In this document: positions 1-7,780 of the stretch, piece by piece
Numbering within the stretch: position 1 is the first letter of the stretch
Layout of the letters: every line of letters starts with the position of its first letter
Source: Candidatus Thorarchaeota archaeon
Lineage (GTDB): Archaea > Asgardarchaeota > Thorarchaeia > Thorarchaeales > Thorarchaeaceae
NCBI GenBank assembly: GCA_003345595.1
Contig: PRDI01000121.1
Coordinates: 1 to 19,426, forward strand
Direction of reading: 5' to 3'
DNA: 19,426 bases
Made by a program: the position numbers and the translations under genes
Notes under the pieces: model-generated
The model's database searches: none
What the model was told of the DNA's origin: nothing
Seen by the model: only the letters and a program-made list of their open reading frames with translations

Positions 1-2
1 GC

Positions 3-539
3 AAAGCCCTGCTCTGGACACTCATATCCGTTGTCCTAGGTGCGGTGTTCTTCGTCGTGCTGTCAATTCCACCCGAGCCCTATGTCATGGTCGATCTCTT
101 CAGATTTGGGCTATGGCCGGCTCTCGCAGTTATCTCAACGGTTGGTGCCATTAGAGGCCCCTTGGCCGGACTGCTGACTGGATATCTGGGTGCGCTGCTC
201 TATAGTCTGCTGTTCTTCGGCACTGTGGTAACAGCTTCGCTGAATCCTCTAGCCTTCGGAGTGATGGGCTTCGTCGTAGGTCTTCTTCGATATGACTTCG
301 GGAACGGCCGCTCACTCGCCAGACTGTCGGTCATGTCTGTAATTGGCTTCGTCTTTACAATACTCGTCACAATCGTGGTCGGCCTCACGGTGGAAGCGTA
401 CTCCGACCTAGTGGCGTTGGGATTCGTACTACTCCCGTTGTTGACTGTCGGTGTTCCTACAGTGTTCTTGTTGACGCCATTGTTCAGTTGGGTCTGGCAG
501 TCGCTGGCATCGCGGATTCCTCATGCCAAATCAGTGTGA
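3..539 (+). CDS. ECF-type transporter S-component-like membrane protein (5'-truncated by window edge)
   Basis: Frame is open from position 3 (KALLWTLISVVLGAVFFVV...), so the start lies outside the window. About 6 hydrophobic segments and a 'GAIRGPLAGLLTGYLG' motif resembling the S-component GxxxGPxxGxxxG motif. Confidence 0.65.
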   Translation, partial: KALLWTLISVVLGAVFFVVLSIPPEPYVMVDLFRFGLWPALAVISTVGAIRGPLAGLLTGYLGALLYSLLFFGTVVTASLNPLAFGVMGFVVGLLRYDFGNGRSLARLSVMSVIGFVFTILVTIVVGLTVEAYSDLVALGFVLLPLLTVGVPTVFLLTPLFSWVWQSLASRIPHAKSV

Positions 540-651
540 CCGAGTGGGGCAATCACTGACTTCAGAATCACGCACGTAGAGGTAGCGGGTCGGGAGCTTC
601 CACAGAAAGTTGCAGGCTGGAAACTTTCCATCTGAACAGTCGAACCCAAAC

Positions 652-711
652 GTTTGGCGGAAACCAAACACTTTATAAGCAAGTATCGCCTATGTTTGGC
701 ACGTGTCAAAC
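652..711 (+). promoter_or_regulatory. Archaeal promoter (TTTATAA 672-678) flanked by two GTTTGG-N6-YCAAAC inverted-repeat operators (652-669, 694-711)
   Basis: gtttgg-cggaaa-ccaaac and gtttgg-cacgtg-tcaaac read directly; the second overlaps the expected TSS (~700). RBS GGTGA at 731-735 precedes ATG 744. Confidence 0.75.
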
Positions 712-743
712 GTTCCGTAACTATCATCGTGGTGAATGAACCT

Positions 744-1652
744 ATGTCTACAGACTTTCACACAGTCTTTAATGATCTCAAGACAAGCCTCGGACTCGCA
801 AAGAAGAGCGTACTCAGCTATTTGCTTGCTAACCTTGGCATGGTCTTTGTTATTGCAATACTGTTTGGCATCATTGCAGTTCCCATCGTACTCCTGGCGC
901 TGGTCACAACTGGTCTGTTCTGGGAAAACATGGGTCTGATGATGTCGACATGGGCTACGCACAGTCCTCTGCTAGTTGGAGGAATCGGCATTTTGGTCAT
1001 GATTCCAATTGTGTCCCTCTTTCTGGTGGTTGTCGGCTCAATCTATGGGATGAGCAACGACTTGGTCATGACAGGCGAAACCAAAGCTGAGGCAGCCTTC
1101 TCTTATCTCCGGCACAAGTTCCTCGCCTTCGGAGGTGCGGGTGCTATACTGACAATCATAGTAATTGTCCCCCAGGTAGTCGTCTGGGGCACCGCTTCGT
1201 ACTTGCTCGGGTACACGGTAGTAGGTCTGGCTGCACAGGCTCTGACTGCCTTCTCCTTCATCTGGACCTTTGTCACCATTGGTCTGACTTCAATGGTCCT
1301 CCCGGCTGTTGTCAATGGAAAGGGAGTGCAGGCAGCTGTGAGTGAGTCCTTCAGACTTGCGGTCAAGCACTTCGATCGTGTCTTCGGCCTGTGGACCGGC
1401 ATAGTCCTCCTGGCAGTGGCAATGTTCGCGCCTGTCATGATTTGGGGGCTCGCTGTCAACTGGACAATGATGGCACCTGAGTTAATGTTCTTGCCTGTGA
1501 TCGGTGCACTGGGCGCTTGGACTGTTATCGCAGGTCTTCTCTGGATACTTCTGCTCTTCCCAATGGTGGTCATCGCATTTGTCAAGGTCTACCATGAGAT
1601 CACAGATGGAAAGGTCGCACCGAAGCAAGGCCCCGATGTACCTATCGTATGA
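744..1652 (+). CDS. Multi-pass membrane protein, paralog A (resembles GDPD membrane-domain/DUF975-like proteins)
   Basis: The ORF-track start 654 lies upstream of the TATA box; ATG 744 follows GGTGA. About 6 TM helices; motif 'AVSESFRLAVKHFDRVFGLW'. Confidence 0.8.
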   Translation: MSTDFHTVFNDLKTSLGLAKKSVLSYLLANLGMVFVIAILFGIIAVPIVLLALVTTGLFWENMGLMMSTWATHSPLLVGGIGILVMIPIVSLFLVVVGSIYGMSNDLVMTGETKAEAAFSYLRHKFLAFGGAGAILTIIVIVPQVVVWGTASYLLGYTVVGLAAQALTAFSFIWTFVTIGLTSMVLPAVVNGKGVQAAVSESFRLAVKHFDRVFGLWTGIVLLAVAMFAPVMIWGLAVNWTMMAPELMFLPVIGALGAWTVIAGLLWILLLFPMVVIAFVKVYHEITDGKVAPKQGPDVPIV

Positions 1653-1665
1653 GCGCACGCAATAT

Positions 1666-1704
1666 GAGAGATTGCTCCCCTCGGAACAAGAGGGGAGTGC
1701 TCTC
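1666..1704 (+). terminator. Intra-operon stem-loop (attenuator/processing or stabilising hairpin)
   Basis: ctcccctc (1675-1682) pairs with gaggggag (1690-1697), extended by two G-U pairs and gagag/ctctc; no U-tract follows. Confidence 0.45.
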
Positions 1705-1731
1705 AAACCACCTCTAGTGGATGGATGAAAA

Positions 1732-2604
1732 ATGAAAAACTCAAACTTTGAAACCCTCTTGGAGGATTTGAGAATCAGTTTCAGGTTCGCTTGGAAGAAC
1801 GTAATCTCCTATGTCTTGGCAATGATTGGTGTCTTGATAGTTGCAGGCATTCTCATGGTCATTATGGCAGCCGTCATCATTGTTCCAGTAATCCTCGTTT
1901 GGGGACTAGAACCAATGATCCAGTTCTTCGTTTCTCTTGGCCAGAACTGGTCAGTGCTCCAAGGCGCCGAAATGTTCAGTTTGATCGTGTTTCTGGCGAT
2001 TCCTCTATTCGGTCCGTTCCTCGTGGCCCTTGGTGCCCTGTTCGGTATGGCTCGCGAGATAGTCGAGAGTGATGGCACTACTGCCGAGGGCGTGTTCGTC
2101 TGGTACAGAAAGAAGTTCCTGTCTCTTGCCGGAGGAGGTGTAGTCCTCTTTCTGGTGAGCTTGATGCCAATCGCCCTGATGAGTATCTGGGCCTTTACTG
2201 TCACGGGCAGCTGGATGTTAGGATTGCCAATGGCGGCAGTGGCAGCGTTCGCAGTTGTCTGGCTCGTAATGACGACTGGAATGCTATCAATGCTCTTTCC
2301 AGGGATAATAGACGGACTCTCAGTTCTGGGTGCCGTCAAGCAGTCCGTACGACTCACCCGGCAATACTTCGACAGAGTGTTCGGCACTTGGTTGTCCTAC
2401 ATCGCCGTGTTCATCATCTTCTCTGCGTTGACGGTCGTCATGATTCCTTTAGGCGTGATCGCCGGTCTGGCGCTTGTGTTTCTAGCTCTGCCAGCTATGA
2501 CGATTGGACTGACCAGGGTCTACTTGATCCTGACAGACAATGCGAGTGCGGCAGAAACGACAGAGGATGAAGGTCCTGGCGTAAGAATCGTCGGAGGTGT
2601 GTAA
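1732..2604 (+). CDS. Multi-pass membrane protein, paralog B of 744-1652
   Basis: Colinear similarity to the upstream gene (e.g. AVKQSVRLTRQYFDRVFGTW vs AVSESFRLAVKHFDRVFGLW; TRVYLILTD vs VKVYHEITD). Confidence 0.85.
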   Translation: MKNSNFETLLEDLRISFRFAWKNVISYVLAMIGVLIVAGILMVIMAAVIIVPVILVWGLEPMIQFFVSLGQNWSVLQGAEMFSLIVFLAIPLFGPFLVALGALFGMAREIVESDGTTAEGVFVWYRKKFLSLAGGGVVLFLVSLMPIALMSIWAFTVTGSWMLGLPMAAVAAFAVVWLVMTTGMLSMLFPGIIDGLSVLGAVKQSVRLTRQYFDRVFGTWLSYIAVFIIFSALTVVMIPLGVIAGLALVFLALPAMTIGLTRVYLILTDNASAAETTEDEGPGVRIVGGV

Positions 2605-2607
2605 GAC

Positions 2608-3252
2608 TTGACAGAGCCAGCGCGAGTAGAGCCCATGAAGGACCTTGAGGTGGTGACCGACTCCAATGTTATCAGGGTCCTCCTTGAGCCAGTCCGATCT
2701 GATATTGTATTCAAGTACCTCGTGAATGGCTCAATGACAGTGAAGCAGCTGGCTGACGCTCTTGGCAAGAACCCTGGAACCATACTGCATCACATTGAAG
2801 CACTGAAGAAAGCAGGTCTTGTGGTTCAGGAGCGCACTCAGCTCACTTCAACTGGAATAGTACAGCGATACTACCGAGCGACCGCCAGAGAGTTTCGCCT
2901 GGGCATCAGTGAGATGATACAGGCTAACGGGGGCATCGCTCGTTTCGCAAGAGACCGCTTCAGGTCCATGATATCAAGCCTGTCGGTATATGGCATGGAC
3001 ATACCAGAGTCTGAGGCGGAACAGGCAACATTGTTGTTAAGAAATCTGATCGAGCGCGAGAATGCTGTCAGCTCAAAGATTCAGGTACTAGATGCGGAGA
3101 GCTACAACAGACTTCCGCCATCGGTCAGAGGAGACGTGTCGCGGATCATGCGTCGTTTTGCTCTGGAAGAAGATCCGCAATATCGAGACCTGCGAGAGAA
3201 GTGGCATGACTTCCTCCGGTCTCATCGAACAGGTGGAATGAAGAATGAGTGA
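2608..3252 (+). CDS. ArsR/HTH_20-like winged-helix transcriptional regulator
   Basis: 'LLEPVRSDIVFKYLVNGSMTVKQLADALGKNPGTILHHIEALKKAGLV...RYYR' is a typical archaeal ArsR-like wHTH. TTG start is preceded by GGAGGTG (2593-2599); alternative ATG at 2635. Confidence 0.85.
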   Translation: MTEPARVEPMKDLEVVTDSNVIRVLLEPVRSDIVFKYLVNGSMTVKQLADALGKNPGTILHHIEALKKAGLVVQERTQLTSTGIVQRYYRATAREFRLGISEMIQANGGIARFARDRFRSMISSLSVYGMDIPESEAEQATLLLRNLIERENAVSSKIQVLDAESYNRLPPSVRGDVSRIMRRFALEEDPQYRDLREKWHDFLRSHRTGGMKNE

Positions 3253-4009
3253 ATATCGAAGAAACAAGGGAATGGTTGCATGCATAATTGCCGTCATAGC
3301 CGGAGGAGCTCTCGCAGTCGGTGCTTTGACCTACTTTGGGTCCACTGGTTGGTGGTGGTTCCCGGGCTGGAACACTGCTAAGACAGTCTTTCCATTTGAG
3401 CAGGAGGTCGGCAACACAACAGGTACAGTGAACCTCCACGTAGACTTGGCCGCTGGTGCAGTTGCCATCAAGTTCGAGGAGAACACGACCCTCCTGTACA
3501 GAATGACTGTCGAGGTTCAGAACTACACGCTTGCTAGGGACGGAGCTCCTGCCGTGAGCTTTGTTTCGAATGTGATCCGGCTGAACTATACTGGCGCAGC
3601 GGTCAACGTGACTCTGGGCACAGGTGCCAACTACACAATTGACATTGATGCGTCAGCCGGTGCGGTTTCCGTTGCACTAGACAATGGAGCTCGCATTGGC
3701 GACATGGCCCTGACGACGTCAGCGGGCGCCATCTCAGTTCTCATGAGTGACAACGTGGTCATCTTGGGCGATGCCACATTCGATCTAGACACTTCTGCAG
3801 GAGCTATCAGCTCGAGTATCGACATCCCAACAGGAGTCGGCGGCAGCTTTGAGGGTTCGGCTTCGGTTGGCACAGTGACCGTGAACCAAGTCGGGTGGAA
3901 CCAGATAACATCTCACCACTATGAAACCGACGACTACGATAGCGCTGTGACGACGCTCACGATTATAGCCCAGACGTCAACAGGCACTGTAACGGCCAAT
4001 CTCAGTTAG
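3245..4009 (+). CDS. Membrane-anchored extracellular beta-strand-repeat protein (DUF4097/LiaG-like)
   Basis: N-terminal TM; repeats DLAAGAV/DASAGAV/TTSAGAI/DTSAGAI/SASVGTV/QTSTGTV; 7 N-x-S/T sequons; 8-nt overlap with the regulator stop. Confidence 0.75.
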   Translation: MSEYRRNKGMVACIIAVIAGGALAVGALTYFGSTGWWWFPGWNTAKTVFPFEQEVGNTTGTVNLHVDLAAGAVAIKFEENTTLLYRMTVEVQNYTLARDGAPAVSFVSNVIRLNYTGAAVNVTLGTGANYTIDIDASAGAVSVALDNGARIGDMALTTSAGAISVLMSDNVVILGDATFDLDTSAGAISSSIDIPTGVGGSFEGSASVGTVTVNQVGWNQITSHHYETDDYDSAVTTLTIIAQTSTGTVTANLS

Positions 4010-4020
4010 CACACAATGAT

Positions 4021-4057
4021 AGAGGGAGGAGAGACTTCTCCCTCTGATTCTTCTTTC
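4021..4057 (+). terminator. Stem-loop plus pyrimidine tract ending the 744-4009 operon
   Basis: agagggagga-gagac-ttctccctct (10-bp stem, one G-U) followed by gattcttctttc. Confidence 0.65.
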
Positions 4058-4175
4058 GATTGAGAGTCTGATTCTCAGCGCCGTAAAGTCTGCTAACCCT
4101 CGACCTGTGACTTGCGCCGTACCACAGGCCTATATGCTACTCGCGAAGGTGCTCCGGATCAAAGGGGTGAAAGCT

Positions 4176-5096
4176 GTGCATCAGTGTTCCCGGTTCCTGG
4201 ATGTGGGCACTCTTCTTCCGTTGTTCATAGTTTCATTGCTATTCTTGACTACTCCGAACATGCCTAGCGCACAGGGCATTCTGCAGGCGCAGAGCGAAGA
4301 TCTCGGGAACACCAAGGTGGCTGTATATGTCAATTATAACCAAGCTCAAGGTAGCAGTATAGCTCTGCTCAACATGTTCACTTGGATGAATGCAACCGTC
4401 ACAATCACAAATGCATCCGACATAATCGGAGGCGGCCTGGCAGGCGTTGACATCTTCGTTATGCCCGGCGGCTCCGAAACTCGATATGGAACCGAGCTCG
4501 GCCAACAGGGCTGTCAGGCCATTCGTGACTTCGTGGCCGGTGGTGGCTCATATTTTGGCATCTGTGGTGGGTCGACCTTCGCCTGCAAATACGCACTGGG
4601 ACTCTTCAACGGCTCTCTTCGGCGCCCAGTGCCTGGGGTTGCAGACGGTACCTACGTGATTCAGCTGGCTCTCAACATGAGTTGTGGCATTCCTGGCTTG
4701 TCTGAGGAATCTCCCTCTTTCCGAACCTTGTATTGGTCGTCTGGCTATTTCGACACTGACAACTTCACAGGTATCATTCCGGTGGCGACCTACACGAATA
4801 GCACTCTGGCTCCGATGATTGCATTCCAGTATGGCTCTGGAAGTGTTTTCCTCTCTAGTCCCCATCCGGAGTATGAAGAGGATGATGATCGGGATGGCAC
4901 TACTGCATTTGACTACTTGGACGACCCGGAGTCGGAGTGGGGCATCATGATGAAGATTGCGCGTTGGCTCGTGGAGGTTTCGCCCCCTGCTTCTGATACT
5001 GACACGACAACAGGTATTCCCTATTTGTATCTGGCAATCGCAGGTTCAGTCGCGGTCATAGCTGTGGCTTCCATAGTTGTCGTCAGGCGGCGTTGA
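4176..5096 (+). CDS. Surface-anchored class I glutamine amidotransferase-like (BPL_N-type) hydrolase
   Basis: Motifs FVMPGG, GGSYFGICGG (Cys elbow) and SPHPE (His-x-Glu); signal-like hydrophobic segment; C-terminal TM + RRR; 6 sequons. GTG 4176 follows GGGGTGA (4164-4170); the ORF track starts at 4107. Confidence 0.8.
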   Translation: MHQCSRFLDVGTLLPLFIVSLLFLTTPNMPSAQGILQAQSEDLGNTKVAVYVNYNQAQGSSIALLNMFTWMNATVTITNASDIIGGGLAGVDIFVMPGGSETRYGTELGQQGCQAIRDFVAGGGSYFGICGGSTFACKYALGLFNGSLRRPVPGVADGTYVIQLALNMSCGIPGLSEESPSFRTLYWSSGYFDTDNFTGIIPVATYTNSTLAPMIAFQYGSGSVFLSSPHPEYEEDDDRDGTTAFDYLDDPESEWGIMMKIARWLVEVSPPASDTDTTTGIPYLYLAIAGSVAVIAVASIVVVRRR

Positions 5097-5144
5097 CAGA
5101 GTACACGAGCAATGACTCAGAGTCTTGGTGTTCGACAGTTTTGC

Positions 5145-5720
5145 CTACGCTGTTCGTATGACACCCTTTCGCCGAGTGTTCCCAGCTGTCGGGTAACACA
5201 ACAGCCCTATCAGGAACAATGCAGGGAGCGGGTAGCAGACTGATGCGGTAATTTCGCTGGGCGGGACCGGTATGAGGTGTCCCCAAGGCAGTCCAGAAAG
5301 ATATGGGCTGAATGTGACCGACAAACACAGCAGCATGATGCACGAGAACATCAATGCACCCACTAGCAACGGGATACGACTGCCCACAAGTCCGTGACGG
5401 TGCCCAAATACTGCCAACACGTACGCGACCCGCACGACCGCGACGAGAAGGAGAATCGGGACTTCGAGCATTGGGAACAGCACAAACGACATCTGGTTAT
5501 TGAAGACGGGTGGATTGTTCAGCACGACAAAAGCCCATGTGACGGAGCTGAACACTCCAGTGATTGTGTCGGCAAAGACTTCTGACGGATGCCGAAACAC
5601 TACAACGAAAGGAGCGAACAGGGCAAGGACAACTAGGGCGAATAATGTGAGAATACCCGCCCAGCGACTGCTCTCTCCATCTTTCCTCGGAAGACGGGGA
5701 ATGAATCTCGAGCCGATCAA
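5145..5720 (-). CDS. Hypothetical membrane protein (4-5 TM)
   Basis: 191-aa ORF filling the gap between + strand genes, with several hydrophobic segments; TTG start uncertain. Confidence 0.6.
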   Translation of the reverse strand: MIGSRFIPRLPRKDGESSRWAGILTLFALVVLALFAPFVVVFRHPSEVFADTITGVFSSVTWAFVVLNNPPVFNNQMSFVLFPMLEVPILLLVAVVRVAYVLAVFGHRHGLVGSRIPLLVGALMFSCIMLLCLSVTFSPYLSGLPWGHLIPVPPSEITASVCYPLPALFLIGLLCYPTAGNTRRKGVIRTA

Positions 5721-5916
5721 AGCGGGCTATTCCTGAACGATTCTCCAGATGTGCCGACGTAGGGTTGGTTTCAGACAGGAAACCGGTAACCATACTACGT
5801 TAGCGCACATAAATCATTGCATTGACGGTCGTGTTAGCATCATCCCATAGACACCCGTGCCAGATAACCGGTTGGCGTCACCTCTCCGGACGGTGTCCGA
5901 TTATCTTCTTGACCGA

Positions 5917-5957
5917 AAGGCCTCCGGGTTTATATCCCCCCACCATGGTAAGGCCTC
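5917..5957 (+). promoter_or_regulatory. Probable promoter of ABC operon (TTTATAT 5929-5935) flanked by aaggcctc direct repeats
   Basis: TATA-like box; aaggcctc at 5917-5924 and 5950-5957. Confidence 0.45.
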
Positions 5958-6952
5958 GCGTTCAATCACCAAGAGGCGACTCTCAGACGAGCCAACAGTC
6001 ATTCGTGATAAGCACTCAGGATCTCGGCAAGACATACGGGGATGTTGCCGCACTGAGTTCACTCAATCTAAGGGTGCCAGAAAACTCGATTTTTGCTTTC
6101 CTTGGGCCCAATGGGGCTGGCAAGACCACCACAATCAAGCTCCTAGTGGGTCTAACGAGGCCGACAAGCGGCAGTGGAACGGTACTCGGCTACGACATCG
6201 TTCGGAACAGTAACGAGGTTAGAAGAGGAGTGGGGTACCTTGCTCAGCATCCGAAGTTCTACAAAGAGATGACGGCAAGAGAAACCATGCGGTTTGCTGC
6301 GCGTTTCTACTTCAAAGGACCACGTGACAAGATTGAGGAGAGAATCGAGCATCTTCTCTCGATTGTCGAACTCGATGAGAAGTCAGACAGGCCGATTGAG
6401 GGTTTTTCTGGTGGAGAGATGCAGCGGCTGGGGATTGCTCAGGCGCAGATTAACTACCCAGAGCTTCTAATCCTCGACGAGCCTGCCGCGGGGCTCGATC
6501 CCGAAGGAAGAGAGGACGTCCTGAAGATCATGGAAAGTCTACGTTCAGAATCGACCATATTCTACAGCACCCACATCCTTGATGATGTGCAGCGAGTCAG
6601 CGACACTGTAGCGATCCTGAACAAGGGCCACATGATAGCGCAAGCACCCATCAGCCAGCTTCTTGCCGGTAGCGAAGGTGTGGCCTATGCACTCACGCTG
6701 GAGGGAAACACCCAGAAGGCATACGCCCGGCTCTCTGAGGAACCTTGGGTGACAGGCATAACTGAGAAGAAGGTCAAGGACAAAACGCAATGGGTCGTCA
6801 CTGTCAGTGATGATTCGATGGCCAAGAAGAAGATTCTCAGGACGGTAATGGCCGATGACACCGTCGATGTCTTGGATTTCGGCCTGAAGCAGTACGAACT
6901 CGAAGAGATCTTCATGAAGATGGTGGAGGACAGCAACAATGTCACGCAGTAA
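5945..6952 (+). CDS. ABC-2 type exporter ATP-binding subunit (start uncertain: ATG 5945, ACG 5987 or GTG 6005)
   Basis: Walker A GPNGAGKTT, Q-loop, signature FSGGEMQR, Walker B LLILDEP, H-loop STH, and C-terminal 'LEEIFMKMV'. Confidence 0.92.
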   Translation: MVRPRVQSPRGDSQTSQQSFVISTQDLGKTYGDVAALSSLNLRVPENSIFAFLGPNGAGKTTTIKLLVGLTRPTSGSGTVLGYDIVRNSNEVRRGVGYLAQHPKFYKEMTARETMRFAARFYFKGPRDKIEERIEHLLSIVELDEKSDRPIEGFSGGEMQRLGIAQAQINYPELLILDEPAAGLDPEGREDVLKIMESLRSESTIFYSTHILDDVQRVSDTVAILNKGHMIAQAPISQLLAGSEGVAYALTLEGNTQKAYARLSEEPWVTGITEKKVKDKTQWVVTVSDDSMAKKKILRTVMADDTVDVLDFGLKQYELEEIFMKMVEDSNNVTQ

Positions 6953-7682
6953 AGCATTCGAGCCTGTCATCGAAACTGGCTGGAGAATGGGTTTCTCGAA
7001 CCTAGCGCGCAAGGAGCTCAAGGCTTGGTTCGGGACATCCGCATGGTGGCAGCAGGCACTCATGTGGACTGGGGCGCTCGGCCTGTTCTCTTCCATAGGT
7101 TTCCAAGAACCGGAAACAGGCTTGATGATCTTCTACATAATGGCATTCATATTTCCGTCCATTGCAGTGTTGGTCGTCGCCACGGGAACGATACTTGAAG
7201 AGAAGGATTCGGGGTCTGCTGCGTGGGTCCTGTCAAAACCCGTGTCCAGAACAGCGTTTGTCTTGGCCAAGCTCTTGCCGAATTCTCTCAACATTGCCGT
7301 TTCGATGGTCCTGATACCTGGCCTAGTAGTGTTTCTTCTGGCTGTTCTGTTTGGTGCGGCTCCGAACATATTGGCTTTCTATGTAAGTCTCATTCCCGTC
7401 ATTATGTGGCAGATGTTCCTCCTCTTTCTGACCGTATGTCTGGGAACCTTCTTTGAGAAAGCCGGGTCAGTCGTCTGGCTGCCGATAATCTTCATCTTCT
7501 TTGGAGCCAACCTTGGAATGAATACGACTATCGGACCCTTTGGTCCATGGGGTCTCCTCACGGTGGCTACGGGAATATCCACTGGCACAGGCTTCTCAGT
7601 CTATCCACTAATCATAACTATCGTCGTCTTGGTCGCGCTGGGTGCAGCTGCAATCTGGAGATTCAGTAGGCACGAGTTCTAG
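6939..7682 (+). CDS. ABC-2 type exporter permease
   Basis: 'NLARKELK', 'EEKDSGSAAWVLSKPVSRTAFVLAK', C-terminal 'WRFSRHEF'; 6 TM; overlaps the ATPase gene. Confidence 0.9.
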   Translation: MSRSKAFEPVIETGWRMGFSNLARKELKAWFGTSAWWQQALMWTGALGLFSSIGFQEPETGLMIFYIMAFIFPSIAVLVVATGTILEEKDSGSAAWVLSKPVSRTAFVLAKLLPNSLNIAVSMVLIPGLVVFLLAVLFGAAPNILAFYVSLIPVIMWQMFLLFLTVCLGTFFEKAGSVVWLPIIFIFFGANLGMNTTIGPFGPWGLLTVATGISTGTGFSVYPLIITIVVLVALGAAAIWRFSRHEF

Positions 7683-7780
7683 ATGACTTGTTTCCTACCA
7701 GTCTGTGACAGAAGCTCAACTGCAGGTAGTTGCAGTGTTCCGCGCAGCGTCTGCCATTTGACAGCACCATGTGCCGTGAA

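Noticed and set aside
654-743. N-terminal extension of the 332-aa ORF from TTG 654
   Set aside because: It spans the TATA box and operators; the paralog aligns from ATG 744, which has an RBS.
1103-2387. Long antisense ORFs (1103-1585, 1809-2387) and similar shadows elsewhere (6545-7096, 8650-9090, 18119-18499)
   Set aside because: They overlap well-supported genes and show composition typical of shadow frames.
3495-3500. Isolated TGTACA hexamers within coding regions (here and near 8137, 10927, 16729)
   Set aside because: Single, unpaired and intragenic; expected by chance.
5822-5944. N-terminal extension of the ABC ATPase
   Set aside because: Not ABC-like and runs through the probable promoter.
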